A stretch of DNA of 63,772 bases, counting the filler, from Lama guanicoe (taxonomy: Eukaryota), in the NCBI GenBank assembly GCA_013239625.1. It is 164 parts of 164 records of this genome, joined end to end, with 100 filler letters (N's around TTAATTAATTAA, not from the genome) between each part and the next. Parts side by side here need not be neighbours in the genome. Positions count along the whole stretch, not along the records: positions 51,006 to 51,292 come from PNXV01053531.1; positions 51,393 to 51,682 come from PNXV01053532.1; positions 51,783 to 52,072 come from PNXV01053533.1; positions 52,173 to 52,462 come from PNXV01053534.1; positions 52,563 to 52,852 come from PNXV01053535.1; positions 52,953 to 53,242 come from PNXV01053536.1; positions 53,343 to 53,632 come from PNXV01053537.1; positions 53,733 to 54,022 come from PNXV01053538.1; 156 more parts are not named here. One strand, written 5' to 3'. The position numbers and the translations under genes are program-made. Of this stretch, positions 51,006 to 62,991 are shown in pieces (the first letter of the stretch is position 1; the number at the start of each line of letters is the position of its first letter). The notes under the pieces were generated by a model. It did no database searches. It saw only the letters and a list, made by a program, of their open reading frames with translations, and had not been told where the DNA came from.

Positions 51006-51292
51006 AGCTGCGTGGAGTTGTCTCTCGAGATCCCCCAAGCAATGATAATTTTTCCGGACTACTGAGCGTCGGGAGGTTCCACCAAAGGTCCGCAGCGTGT
51101 GCGCTCTAAGGTAATGCCTAAGCTCGGCACCCCTGAGGGTTTTCCTTATGTCTCTGTGCCAGGGAACGCTAGGTTGGTATACAGGAAATGCCAGAGACAG
51201 AGGTTGCCTCCCAAAAGTCAGGGAAGATATTTCTTGGACTTCACCCGAACCGGGAACACCTGTGACTGAAGAGAGCTGCGTGGAGATGTCTC
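51006..51292. repeat. Satellite family B, 268-bp monomer
   Basis: AGCTGCGTGGAG(T/A)TGTCTC occurs at 51006 and 51274. CpG-rich and without visible similarity to family A. Confidence 0.75.
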
Positions 51293-51419
51293 NNNNNNNN
51301 NNNNNNNNNNNNNNNNNNNNNNNNNNNNNNNNNNNNTTAATTAATTAANNNNNNNNNNNNNNNNNNNNNNNNNNNNNNNNNNNNNNNNNNNNCACAGAGC
51401 AGGGGAGCGACTGGCGCCA

Positions 51420-51682
51420 GGAGAGGGCAGGTGGCCACCCGACTTACCGGCAGGAGCACAGCACCTGACCAGGGTGCTGGGAGGGGGGGTGCAACCTGCC
51501 CACCTATCTTGCCCTAGTGCAGCATCTGGCCTGCAGTATTGGGAGGGGGAGTGACCCGCCACCTACTGTGATGTTGGGAGGGGGCGAGATCCGCCCATCT
51601 ACCTCGCCGGAGGGCAGCATCTGACAGCGGGAAATGGAGGGGGAGTGACCTGCCCACCCACCGTGTAAAAGCACATCACCTG
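51420..51682 (+). repeat. Degenerate GC-rich tandem array (GGGAGGGGG..GACCTGCCCACC..GCAGCATCTG unit)
   Basis: Unit heads at ~51479, 51541, 51576 and 51636. Confidence 0.75.
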
Positions 51683-53344
51683 NNNNNNNNNNNNNNNNNN
51701 NNNNNNNNNNNNNNNNNNNNNNNNNNTTAATTAATTAANNNNNNNNNNNNNNNNNNNNNNNNNNNNNNNNNNNNNNNNNNNNTGCCTGCAGCCTCGTCCT
51801 ATTCCCAAACAACTCTCATGTAGTTAGGAAATTGGTATCCAAAATTACACAGACATAAAAAAAATTATACAGACATTAGAACATGAAGTTTAGACTTAAT
51901 TCCCACAATTTCTGTTTGTTATCACAGATTTAATAAAATCATTACCATTCCATGATTAGTGTCATCTTAACCCCTCTGGCAATTAAAAAACAAAGGCAGC
52001 AACACATCTGTAAGTCACTGCACACGTTCATTTCTGCACATTTACCTGAGTGTTACTCAGGTGGATTTTAGTNNNNNNNNNNNNNNNNNNNNNNNNNNNN
52101 NNNNNNNNNNNNNNNNTTAATTAATTAANNNNNNNNNNNNNNNNNNNNNNNNNNNNNNNNNNNNNNNNNNNNTTGGATAAAACAGCAAAACCCTAGGCTG
52201 AAAACCAGCCGAGCCTGCCTCTACACCAGCATGTTTCCAGTGCCCCCTGCTGGCTTCCTGGTGCCACCGTAGTATCTCAGAGAAGCCATTTTCGGAGGCT
52301 TGAGTGGGAGTTGACTTGAGTCATCTTGAGTCATCTTTAAGCTCCTGTATGGTTATTCGGGGTTTTCTTGTTTCTTTAGTTGAGTTATACATAAGGTGAA
52401 GGAAAGTATTGCTCTCTTTACCTCTGTGGTGCTTCCCACAGCATCCAACTGTGCTGGGAAGTNNNNNNNNNNNNNNNNNNNNNNNNNNNNNNNNNNNNNN
52501 NNNNNNTTAATTAATTAANNNNNNNNNNNNNNNNNNNNNNNNNNNNNNNNNNNNNNNNNNNNCGGGCGTTCCTTCCCTCCGCTGGACGGGAACGAGCACG
52601 CGCGCGGCCCAGACGTGCGCGGCGGCCGTTTTACAGCCGCGAGCGGAACCACCTTGCTGGGAAGCTGAGAAGGCTGGTGGCAAGACACAGGGCATGCGAA
52701 GCACTGGGTCCCTGATCGGAGAACCTGGTGGGGTCAGCAGGCCGTCCCGCGCACCTGCCTATCTCGGGACTCCCCGTTCCGCGAGACGATGGACTTCACT
52801 CACGCGTCCGTTCAGTTAGGTTTCTACTAGAAGAGGAAGACGTCCTGATGCANNNNNNNNNNNNNNNNNNNNNNNNNNNNNNNNNNNNNNNNNNNNTTAA
52901 TTAATTAANNNNNNNNNNNNNNNNNNNNNNNNNNNNNNNNNNNNNNNNNNNNCACCAGCCATTCACTTTTCCTGTCTAGAGGCAACCAGTTACTACTATA
53001 TATGTTCTTCAGATCCATACATATTTTTGTTTTCACAAATAATAGTAGATATCATACCTTGTCATTGTGCTTTGTTTTTATTTGTGTTTTTTTGAGTCAG
53101 AATATCTTGGGGCTATGTCTATATTAGCAGTTATCAAACAACTGCATAGTATTCATAGTAAATCTGTGTACTAAGTCTTATTTAACCAATTCCCATTATT
53201 TATGGACCCTCAAGTTGTCTTTAAAATTCTACTATGAAAAAANNNNNNNNNNNNNNNNNNNNNNNNNNNNNNNNNNNNNNNNNNNNTTAATTAATTAANN
53301 NNNNNNNNNNNNNNNNNNNNNNNNNNNNNNNNNNNNNNNNNNGG

Positions 53345-53632
53345 GCCTGGGGCTGGGGCTGGGGCTGGGGCTGGGGCTGGCGTCCCTCCAGCTCCGAAAA
53401 GGGACCCGCGCCCGCGCACTACAAGCTAGTCTTCACCTGCAATGTATGTGGGACTGGGTCCTCCAAGCATATCTCCAAGCTTGCCTATCACCAGGGTGTG
53501 GTCACTGTGACCTGTCCTGGCTGCCAGACCCACCACACCATCCCCGACCACCTGGGGTGGTTCTCGGACCTGGATGGGAAGTAGAATATTAAAGAAATCC
53601 TGGCAGCCAGAAGGGAGAAGGTATGCCAAGTG
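53345..53632 (+). pseudogene. DNLZ: DNLZ (Hep1/Tim15 zinc finger) processed pseudogene
   Basis: [92 protein letters not shown] has two CxxC zf-DNL motifs, no introns, and an in-frame TAG at 53582-53584. Not in the supplied ORF track. Confidence 0.93.
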
Positions 53633-53732
53633 NNNNNNNNNNNNNNNNNNNNNNNNNNNNNNNNNNNNNNNNNNNNTTAATTAATTAANNNNNNNNNNNN
53701 NNNNNNNNNNNNNNNNNNNNNNNNNNNNNNNN

Positions 53733-54022
53733 ATTGTGCTAAGTGAAATAAGTCAGACAGAGAAAGACAAATACTATATGAAATCATTTATATGTGGATT
53801 CTAAAAAATACAGCAAAGTTGTGAATAAAAGAAAAAAAGCAGCAGAATCAAAGATACAGAGAATCAAACTAGTGGTTTCCCGTGGGGAGAAGGAAGCCAT
53901 TAGGGGCAATACAGAGGTAGGGAAAAAAAGGGGTTATTACAGAATTATATGAAATTCTATGTGTGAAACTTTGGAAAATTGTAAAGCACTATAGAATTTA
54001 AAGAATCTTTCATTCAATAAAA
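53733..54022 (+). mobile_element. L1 3' UTR (different subfamily from 5447/28396)
   Basis: GCTAAGTGAAATAAGTCAGACAGAGAAAGACAAATAC...AAACTAGTGGTT...CATTCAATAAAA. Confidence 0.85.
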
Positions 54023-54122
54023 NNNNNNNNNNNNNNNNNNNNNNNNNNNNNNNNNNNNNNNNNNNNTTAATTAATTAANNNNNNNNNNNNNNNNNNNNNN
54101 NNNNNNNNNNNNNNNNNNNNNN

Positions 54123-54412
54123 GAGACGAAACGCATGTGGTTTTTAAAAAATTAAGCAGAATGTCCACTTCCGATAGATGTTTCTGAGTTAAGTATAGAA
54201 AATGCAGCAGAATTTTAACGTACTGTACACATGGAAGACGACAACAGATTTGCTAACACGGATTTGAAAATAATCAAGACCATCCTTTACATCAGCAAGA
54301 AGAAATCAAAAGTATGTATCTAGGAACTCAGCCCACAGAGAAAGTGCACTGCTCTCCGAAGACTTAATTCCTAAAACCTTAGAGTACAAGGAAAGAAAAA
54401 TATATCCTTTAT
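54123..54412 (+). repeat. Copy B of the duplicated segment (reverse complement of 6224-6512)
   Basis: About 95% identical to the reverse complement of 6224-6512, with the same ends. Confidence 0.95.
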
Positions 54413-54902
54413 NNNNNNNNNNNNNNNNNNNNNNNNNNNNNNNNNNNNNNNNNNNNTTAATTAATTAANNNNNNNNNNNNNNNNNNNNNNNNNNNNNNNN
54501 NNNNNNNNNNNNTTTTTTTTTAATTTTGTATCTTTACTCATCATCATTTCATTTTTGGACGTGTCCACATGCATGAAATAGTCTTTTTTTTTTTAAAAAA
54601 AATTCAGGTACAGAATACATGCAGTGAGGTGTGTAGATCTGAATTATACAACCAGACGAATGATCATATTTGTGCCTACCCACATCACCACACAGAGGAA
54701 GCCACAGGGCACTGACAGCATCCCAGGAAATCAACTAGAAATTGACCTTAGTCTTTGAGACGAGGAAGAGAGAATTTAAGAGCGTGTGCTCTGGAGTCCC
54801 AGNNNNNNNNNNNNNNNNNNNNNNNNNNNNNNNNNNNNNNNNNNNNTTAATTAATTAANNNNNNNNNNNNNNNNNNNNNNNNNNNNNNNNNNNNNNNNNN
54901 NN

Positions 54903-55192
54903 TTGTGCTAGATGAACGAACGTCTCTCCACAGGCTGAGTTTTGAGAGTTATGCATGTGTGAAAGCCGTCCTTCACCAAACTTCTTGGGAACACAAAGTT
55001 TCTCTTCAGTTGAAAGGTTCAATATATATATATAAATGGGGGGGCTACAAGATCGAACTCGGATTTACTGGGAAAACTGCAAGAACATCAAACCGGCCCT
55101 AGGAAACAGACAGAGAAATTATAGTAAGTGTTTTTCCTGCAACCTGTTCCCTTTGTACTAGATGAACGAACATCTCTCCACATGCTCAGTTT
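54903..55192 (+). repeat. Satellite family A, 250-bp monomer
   Basis: CTAGATGAACGAAC recurs at 54908 and 55158; colinear with 10891-11179. Confidence 0.9.
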
Positions 55193-55292
55193 NNNNNNNN
55201 NNNNNNNNNNNNNNNNNNNNNNNNNNNNNNNNNNNNTTAATTAATTAANNNNNNNNNNNNNNNNNNNNNNNNNNNNNNNNNNNNNNNNNNNN

Positions 55293-55582
55293 TTAAGCAG
55301 CAAATATACACTGAAGAAAAGATGGTCTCTTCAGCAAGTGGTGTTGGGGAAGCTGCAAAGATGCATGTAAATCAATGAAGTTATAACACTCCCTCACACC
55401 ATATGCTAAAATAAACTCAAAATGGCTTAAAGACTTAAATTTAAGACAGGTCACCACAAATCTCCTAGAAGAGAACATCAGCAAAACATTCTTTGACATA
55501 AATTGTAGCATATTTTCCTAGGTCAGTCTACCAAGGCAATAGAAATAAAAGAAAAAATAAACAAATGGGATCTAATTAAACT
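55293..55582 (+). mobile_element. L1 ORF2 fragment
   Basis: GTCTCTTCAGCAAGTGGTGTTGGG...AAAATAAACTCAAAATGGCTTAAAGACTTAAAT...CCTAGAAGAGAACAT. Confidence 0.92.
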
Positions 55583-55828
55583 NNNNNNNNNNNNNNNNNN
55601 NNNNNNNNNNNNNNNNNNNNNNNNNNTTAATTAATTAANNNNNNNNNNNNNNNNNNNNNNNNNNNNNNNNNNNNNNNNNNNNTCTAGTTTAATTGGACCA
55701 CTCAGCTTTCTATTAACCTTGTTCCAGCCATTTTGTCCAGTTCTAGAATCGTCTACCATCTTCTTTCCCAATTTTTATCCTCTTGGGTTTTTACTATTGT
55801 CTTACAGGGTTTAGTGAGAAGACATGAA

Positions 55829-55972
55829 TGTTATGGAAAGCGACTTTGTGTGCCCACCTCACCGTGAGGACAAACAAACCGAAATGTTGGAGTTTGGAGC
55901 AGAGTTTGGTTTATTGCAGGCCAAGCAAGGAGGCCAGGGTGGCTCACACCCGAGAAAACCCCGAACTCCCGG
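55829..55972 (-). mobile_element. Probable ERV LTR end
   Basis: Starts TGTTA...; CAAACCGAAATGTTGGAGTTTGGAGCAGAG...GGTTTATTGCAGG contains a reverse-strand AATAAA. Confidence 0.55.
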
Positions 55973-56194
55973 NNNNNNNNNNNNNNNNNNNNNNNNNNNN
56001 NNNNNNNNNNNNNNNNTTAATTAATTAANNNNNNNNNNNNNNNNNNNNNNNNNNNNNNNNNNNNNNNNNNNNCATATGGTTCTCCAGTTGTAGTTGGGGC
56101 TATTACACAAGAGACTAAAAAAGTTGTTTCATCACAGAATTAATTATTTATTCATGAATTTTATATAAATTTATATACATTTATTCATGAATTT

Positions 56195-56259
56195 TATATA
56201 TATATATATATATGTTTGGTGTGTGTGTGTGTGTATATATATATATACATATATGTATG

Positions 56260-56300
<41 letters not shown>
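56195..56300. repeat. Compound (TA)n/(TG)n microsatellite
   Basis: Read directly from the sequence. Confidence 0.95.
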
Positions 56301-56865
56301 CAGTCTGCCAGCCTCTGAGGCTATAATCGTAAAAAAAGACATTTTCCTTGCCCTCAAGAGANNNNNNNNNNNNNNNNNNNNNNNNNNNNNNNNNNNNNNN
56401 NNNNNTTAATTAATTAANNNNNNNNNNNNNNNNNNNNNNNNNNNNNNNNNNNNNNNNNNNNTAATACCTCTCATGCAGCCTTTGGGAATTTCGAACGTTA
56501 TTTAACTTCAGAATGAAAGGTGATGCAGGACAGAAGCTGTCTGACTCTTGATCCTAGAAATTGTGGAAACAAAGTTATCAGGAAGATAAACCGGTACTCG
56601 GGGAGAAAATCTTCCCAGCGCTATGCCCTGACTGTCTGAAATATTCCCCAGACGAATGGGAAGCTGCAGAGGCTACAATACACAGGGGACCTCAACAGAC
56701 AGACTCAGAGTTGAAATTGTAACCAGAGAGCCTTAACTAAAACCGGAAATANNNNNNNNNNNNNNNNNNNNNNNNNNNNNNNNNNNNNNNNNNNNTTAAT
56801 TAATTAANNNNNNNNNNNNNNNNNNNNNNNNNNNNNNNNNNNNNNNNNNNNCTCTAAGTTTTGTA

Positions 56866-57141
56866 TGTATCTTTCTCGACTTATGAAGCAGTTACATTCT
56901 GATAAAATCATCTAAACTGAAAATATTGTTAAGTCAAAAATGCATTTAATACATCTAATTAACTGAACATCACAGCTTAGCCTAGCCTACCTTAAATGTG
57001 CTCAGAACACTTACAATAATTAGCCTCTAGTTGGGCAAAATCATCTAATACAAAGTCTATTTTATAATAAAGTGTTAGATATCTCATGTAATTTATTGAA
57101 TGCTGAACTGAAAGTAAAAAACGGAATGGTTCTATGGGTAC
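56866..57141 (+). mobile_element. MER47A-like (Tigger-derived) MITE
   Basis: AAAATGCATTTAATAC...GCTTAGCCTAGCCTACCTTAAA.GTGCTCAGAACACTTAC...GTTGGGCAAAATCATCTAA...TCTCATGTAATTTATTGAAT. Confidence 0.85.
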
Positions 57142-57241
57142 NNNNNNNNNNNNNNNNNNNNNNNNNNNNNNNNNNNNNNNNNNNNTTAATTAATTAANNN
57201 NNNNNNNNNNNNNNNNNNNNNNNNNNNNNNNNNNNNNNNNN

Positions 57242-57531
57242 ATATCTAGCAAGAGGGAATCAAGAAGAAATAGAAAATCTAAATGAACCATTTACCACTG
57301 TGGAGAATAAATCTGTAATCAAAACTCTTCAAATGAAGGAAAGCTCAAGATCAGATGGTTTCACTGGTAAATTTTACCAAATATGTAATGATTTAATGCC
57401 AATCCTCAAGTCTTTTAAAAAATAGACAAGGAAGGAAAATTCCCAAATTCATTTTACAAGGCTAGCATTGCTTTCAAACTGCCAGAGAAGAAAATTTAGG
57501 CCAATAACCCAGATGAATGTAGATTTTAAAA
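57242..57531 (+). mobile_element. Old L1 ORF2 fragment
   Basis: GAAGAAATAGAAAATCTAAAT...CAGATGGTTTCACTGGTAAATTTTACCAAA...CCCAAATTCATTTTAC. Confidence 0.85.
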
Positions 57532-60500
57532 NNNNNNNNNNNNNNNNNNNNNNNNNNNNNNNNNNNNNNNNNNNNTTAATTAATTAANNNNNNNNNNNNN
57601 NNNNNNNNNNNNNNNNNNNNNNNNNNNNNNNGCATTCCCACGTGTGTGCCCAGGCAGTGGAAGCCACAGTCACAAAAGCAGGGGACTCCTAGAAAAATTC
57701 AAGAACAGTAAGGTGACTGTTGTGCTTAAAACAGAGTGGTAAAATATAAGAAAATTAGGTCATAAGAGTATTATTAATGAGCAGCCAGATCATATGGGTA
57801 CTTTAAAGGGAGGTAGGGGTAAAAGTGGGAAGTTGAATTCTGAGGCTATGCAACTCACCCAAGCAGGCGATGATGGTGGGTTGGACCAGACAGGTGACAT
57901 CAGAGGTGAAAAAATAGGTCANNNNNNNNNNNNNNNNNNNNNNNNNNNNNNNNNNNNNNNNNNNNTTAATTAATTAANNNNNNNNNNNNNNNNNNNNNNN
58001 NNNNNNNNNNNNNNNNNNNNNCAAAGATAAATAAATAAGTAAAATACTTATTGGAAAAAAGGAGAACATTATAACAAAGTATGTTGACTTCCCCAGGTGC
58101 AGATTCTGGGGAAGGCCACAATTAGACAGTAGAGGGATCCAGAAAACACTGCACCTACGATTTTTTCCTGAACACATGCTTGATGTCTTCGTCCAGTTTA
58201 TGCCCATTTATTCAAGCCACAGAACTTGGGCTGGTTTACAGATCTGGTTGACTTGCTGCCCTCTGCCTACTCCGAGAAGACTTGGGTTACCTGCCGTGCC
58301 CACAGCCTGCTNNNNNNNNNNNNNNNNNNNNNNNNNNNNNNNNNNNNNNNNNNNNTTAATTAATTAANNNNNNNNNNNNNNNNNNNNNNNNNNNNNNNNN
58401 NNNNNNNNNNNCATATTGTTTAAATGGATTTACAGGAATTATATCATTTATATCTCATGAGAGCCCTCTGAGATAGGGACAGCTATCAACCGCATTTTAC
58501 AGACAAGGAAACTGAGGTCACAGAGAGCCTGACTGACTCTCAGTTGGCTGAGCCATGACTCTAAGGAAATAGTGTGAACACTGAGCCCAAGTGTGTCCTT
58601 GCTCTGTTACGCTGAATCCCTGAACTGTTCACCTGCCTCACTGAGGATCCCGTCCTCTGGGGGCTCTGACAGCTTCCCTCCCCCTCCAGGCTCTGAGACT
58701 GNNNNNNNNNNNNNNNNNNNNNNNNNNNNNNNNNNNNNNNNNNNNTTAATTAATTAANNNNNNNNNNNNNNNNNNNNNNNNNNNNNNNNNNNNNNNNNNN
58801 NAAATATTCTTGATTTTATGCTAATTATTTCTTTCATGCTTTCCATGAAGCTGGTTTTATTCCTTTTTGTAGAATTGTGTATCTTCCTTCCACTTAAAGT
58901 GTGAAAACAAAACAACTGTGTGGTAGTTTTTCATACTGTTCACAATATCCATTTTTCCTTCCCATTGGTGATTGAACTATTCTGCCACCTATAGTCAGGC
59001 TTGGCTATGTGGTTTCCATTAGCCAATGAAATGTGAGATGTGCCCCATGTCGCTTCTAGGTAGAAGATTTAAGAGACAGATTATAACTTCCNNNNNNNNN
59101 NNNNNNNNNNNNNNNNNNNNNNNNNNNNNNNNNNNTTAATTAATTAANNNNNNNNNNNNNNNNNNNNNNNNNNNNNNNNNNNNNNNNNNNNTCCCATATC
59201 ATTTCATTTTCTGTACATTTTAGAATTATTTTCTTAGTGGTTAAATTTGAGATGGCAATTAATTTCTCAATTTGTAAAAATGTAGTATGAATTAGTAGCA
59301 AGCTAGGTTTGATAGTGTACAAAAGCTCTGCTGCTTTGCAGTTCCATTTCTCTTCTTTTGTGTTTTTGTCATACATTACACCTTTATAAATGTGTCCTTT
59401 CACATAGATTTATGTTTATTGCTTTAATGCATCATTTCTGAAGTCATATATGATAAAAGGAGTTATAAACTGCAAAGAAAANNNNNNNNNNNNNNNNNNN
59501 NNNNNNNNNNNNNNNNNNNNNNNNNTTAATTAATTAANNNNNNNNNNNNNNNNNNNNNNNNNNNNNNNNNNNNNNNNNNNNCCAAGAAGACCACACCTTG
59601 GGTGCTTATAAGATAAAGAGATGGAAAGAGTGACCACTGATAGCCTCTATAGAATTGATCGCCTCGCAGCATCATGACATCATTCTAAGTCTTCTGATGA
59701 GAAAATGATTCTGTTGATTGTTATGGATGTTTTATAGTTTGAGCTATGGCTATATAACCACCCCACCCCATCCCCAAGTTGTGTTCACAGTTTTGAACAG
59801 ACTAGCCTGCTGTGAATCCCCTTTGCCTCTTTTCTTCTAAGCTCCAAGACCTTGTCTCTGGGTTATTTGGCNNNNNNNNNNNNNNNNNNNNNNNNNNNNN
59901 NNNNNNNNNNNNNNNTTAATTAATTAANNNNNNNNNNNNNNNNNNNNNNNNNNNNNNNNNNNNNNNNNNNNGTTCAATGACAGCGATTCTCCCCTCCACC
60001 CTTGAGTGACAAGAGGGGAAGATGGTGGAGGCTGTCTAGCTAGTAAGAGTTTTCTCCTACTCAAGCCTGGGTCCCCAAGCTGAGGGAGTCCTTCTCATCC
60101 CAAATGTGATTCTTACTTCCTCTCATGATTAATTCATCGCAGATCTATTACTTGATTAATAAAGTTTTCAATCATCAATAACTTGTGAAAACTTAACTAA
60201 TTATAAGAATATTATGTAGCCTTTAAAAAGAAAGAAATCTCAGAGGGAGGGTGTAGCTCAGNNNNNNNNNNNNNNNNNNNNNNNNNNNNNNNNNNNNNNN
60301 NNNNNTTAATTAATTAANNNNNNNNNNNNNNNNNNNNNNNNNNNNNNNNNNNNNNNNNNNNGTGATTCATCATTTACAGCAAGCATGAGGGCTGTTCTAA
60401 AATCAGGGAAGAAAACCCACCCCCTCCCCAAGGAATTTACTTAACTTTCTCCAACAGCTTATTTGATATATTGTACCTTGACCATCTCTGTAAGACTGAT

Positions 60501-61921
60501 CATATACATGCTCAAGTGTTCATCTCGGCAAGTTACCTCAAGGCCAAAAGCAAGCCACAAAAAAGCAGCCCCCTGTCCTCCTGGGGTAACACAGAGACGA
60601 ACTTGCAGATTTAAAGTCCTCTGATGGACAAGAAACGATGCTGAGGTCACTNNNNNNNNNNNNNNNNNNNNNNNNNNNNNNNNNNNNNNNNNNNNTTAAT
60701 TAATTAANNNNNNNNNNNNNNNNNNNNNNNNNNNNNNNNNNNNNNNNNNNNGGACACAGGAGGAACCAGCTGCCCCAGGGCTTTGCGAGACCTGCACCCT
60801 ACTCCTCCTTTCCAAGCCTGTCTTCTTCCAGCCCTGCCACCGCGGCTGCCTCAATCTACCTGAAACACCGATCAGAACACACAGGCCTGGGGCTGTGCTT
60901 CGGCTGTGGTCCATCCCTGTCCAGGACCGCGCCTGGTGGCCCGGAGGCAGAGGGGCTGCCCTGCCACGGGGCCGAGGCTGGCTCAACCCGATGGACTCAG
61001 CTCTTCTTTCCACACGAGCTGGAGGAACGGCCTCTGCTGCTNNNNNNNNNNNNNNNNNNNNNNNNNNNNNNNNNNNNNNNNNNNNTTAATTAATTAANNN
61101 NNNNNNNNNNNNNNNNNNNNNNNNNNNNNNNNNNNNNNNNNGGATGGATGTGGAGGCGCTTTGAAAATGATAAACCCATTCGTGAGCTTTCTCCATCTCT
61201 GTCAGGGACCAGGCAGCCTTGGGCGCTGGTGCTTGGGCTGCAGCCTCCCAGTGATGTCCCCTAGAGAGGGACATGGCACTCGGCCTCCTGCGAGGCCCCT
61301 AGGCTCCCACCTTCACCCCGTGACCCAGCCTCCTGATTTCCAGCTTGCAGAGACTGTCAGGAGGAGCTGGAAGAGGTTCGGGACCTGGTTTTACTTCTGC
61401 AAAGGTAATTTCCCCTCCTCTCCCGGGTTCTNNNNNNNNNNNNNNNNNNNNNNNNNNNNNNNNNNNNNNNNNNNNTTAATTAATTAANNNNNNNNNNNNN
61501 NNNNNNNNNNNNNNNNNNNNNNNNNNNNNNNCTCGACGAGCCTCCCTGAGAAGTGGCTTGCTCCTGGAAAGACCATCTTTCAGGATGACGGAAACGGAGC
61601 CAGGAGCTCAGGGTGAGGGACCAGCAAGATTCACGCGGAGAGGGAGGGCCCATTTGCGCACCAGGCCGCTGTAACGCCAGCAACACCTACGCCCTGACTC
61701 GACTGCGTGGGGTGTGCAGGGCATTTGCACACGTGACCTCAGCACACCCATCCTCCGCTGAGACAGTGTTCGTTATGAGGCCCATCTCGCAGATGAGAAG
61801 CTGAGGGCTCAGCAAGGCAGANNNNNNNNNNNNNNNNNNNNNNNNNNNNNNNNNNNNNNNNNNNNTTAATTAATTAANNNNNNNNNNNNNNNNNNNNNNN
61901 NNNNNNNNNNNNNNNNNNNNN

Positions 61922-62211
61922 ACTCTTTAACAACCAACAGGTCAAAGAACAAAACAAAAGGGGAGCCAAAAAGCATCTTGAGACAAACAACAATGAAACA
62001 CAACACACTAAAACTCATGGAATGCAGCAAAGCAATTCTAAGAGGGCAGTTTATAGTGATGAATGTCAACATTAGGGGAACAAACCAAGTGAACAACTGA
62101 ATTTTATACTTAAGTTACTCAAAAAAGGACAAAGTTAGCAGAAGAAAGGAAATAATAAAGATTAGAAAAGAAATAAAGAAAAGAGACCAGAAAATCAATC
62201 GAAAAGAACAA
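61922..62211 (+). mobile_element. L1 ORF2 fragment (end of endonuclease region)
   Basis: CTTGAGACAAACAACAATGAAAC...GCAGCAAAGCAATTCTAAGAGGGCAGTTTATAG...AAAGTTAGCAGAAGAAAGGAAATAATAAAGAT. Confidence 0.88.
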
Positions 62212-62701
62212 NNNNNNNNNNNNNNNNNNNNNNNNNNNNNNNNNNNNNNNNNNNNTTAATTAATTAANNNNNNNNNNNNNNNNNNNNNNNNNNNNNNNNN
62301 NNNNNNNNNNNGGTAGTGTAATTCTTGATAAAATGATCTAAGAGGATTCTTGCTGAAGGCAGGCCAGGATGATCAGATAGCCCCTGGGTGACGATGAAGG
62401 GTGAGGAATTTGGTCAGATATTGAGGGTGATCAGAAATCAAGGGTGGGGCTTCTCTCTAAAATGACTTAGCAGAATCTCTGCTAAAGCTGGATGCCACAG
62501 GACAGAGATGAAAGCCTGAGGAGGGGCCCAGCTGAGCAGACAGTTCAGAGGTGTCTGACCAAAGTCTGGTCAAGGAGAGAATCTGTCAGCCCCTGATACG
62601 CNNNNNNNNNNNNNNNNNNNNNNNNNNNNNNNNNNNNNNNNNNNNTTAATTAATTAANNNNNNNNNNNNNNNNNNNNNNNNNNNNNNNNNNNNNNNNNNN
62701 N

Positions 62702-62991
62702 GATTTTTTTTTCTATTCCACCTTCTTTAAGTTTTATAGTTTTACATTTCACATTTAAATCTATGATGAATTTTGAGTTAATTTTGTATAAGGTTTGAGA
62801 TTTAAGTTGAAGTTAACTTTATGCCTAGGATGCCTAATTGTTCCAGCAGCGTTTATTTCAAAGATGATTTTTCCTCCATTGAATTCCTTTTTAGTTTTGT
62901 CAAAAATGTGTTGGCTGCATTGTTAGCCTATTTTTGGTCTTCTTATCTTGTTCCATTGACTGATGTGTCAGTCCTTCTGAAAATACAACAT
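62702..62991 (-). mobile_element. Old L1 ORF2 fragment
   Basis: TTTTATAGTTTTACATTTCACATTTA...TTTTGAGTTAATTTTGTATAAGG...TTGTTCCAGCA...TTGTTCCATTG. Confidence 0.85.

Noticed and set aside
7050..53632. Co-occurrence of two mitochondrial chaperone co-factor sequences (HSPE1 and DNLZ)
   Set aside because: They are retrocopies on unlinked contigs placed together only by length sorting.
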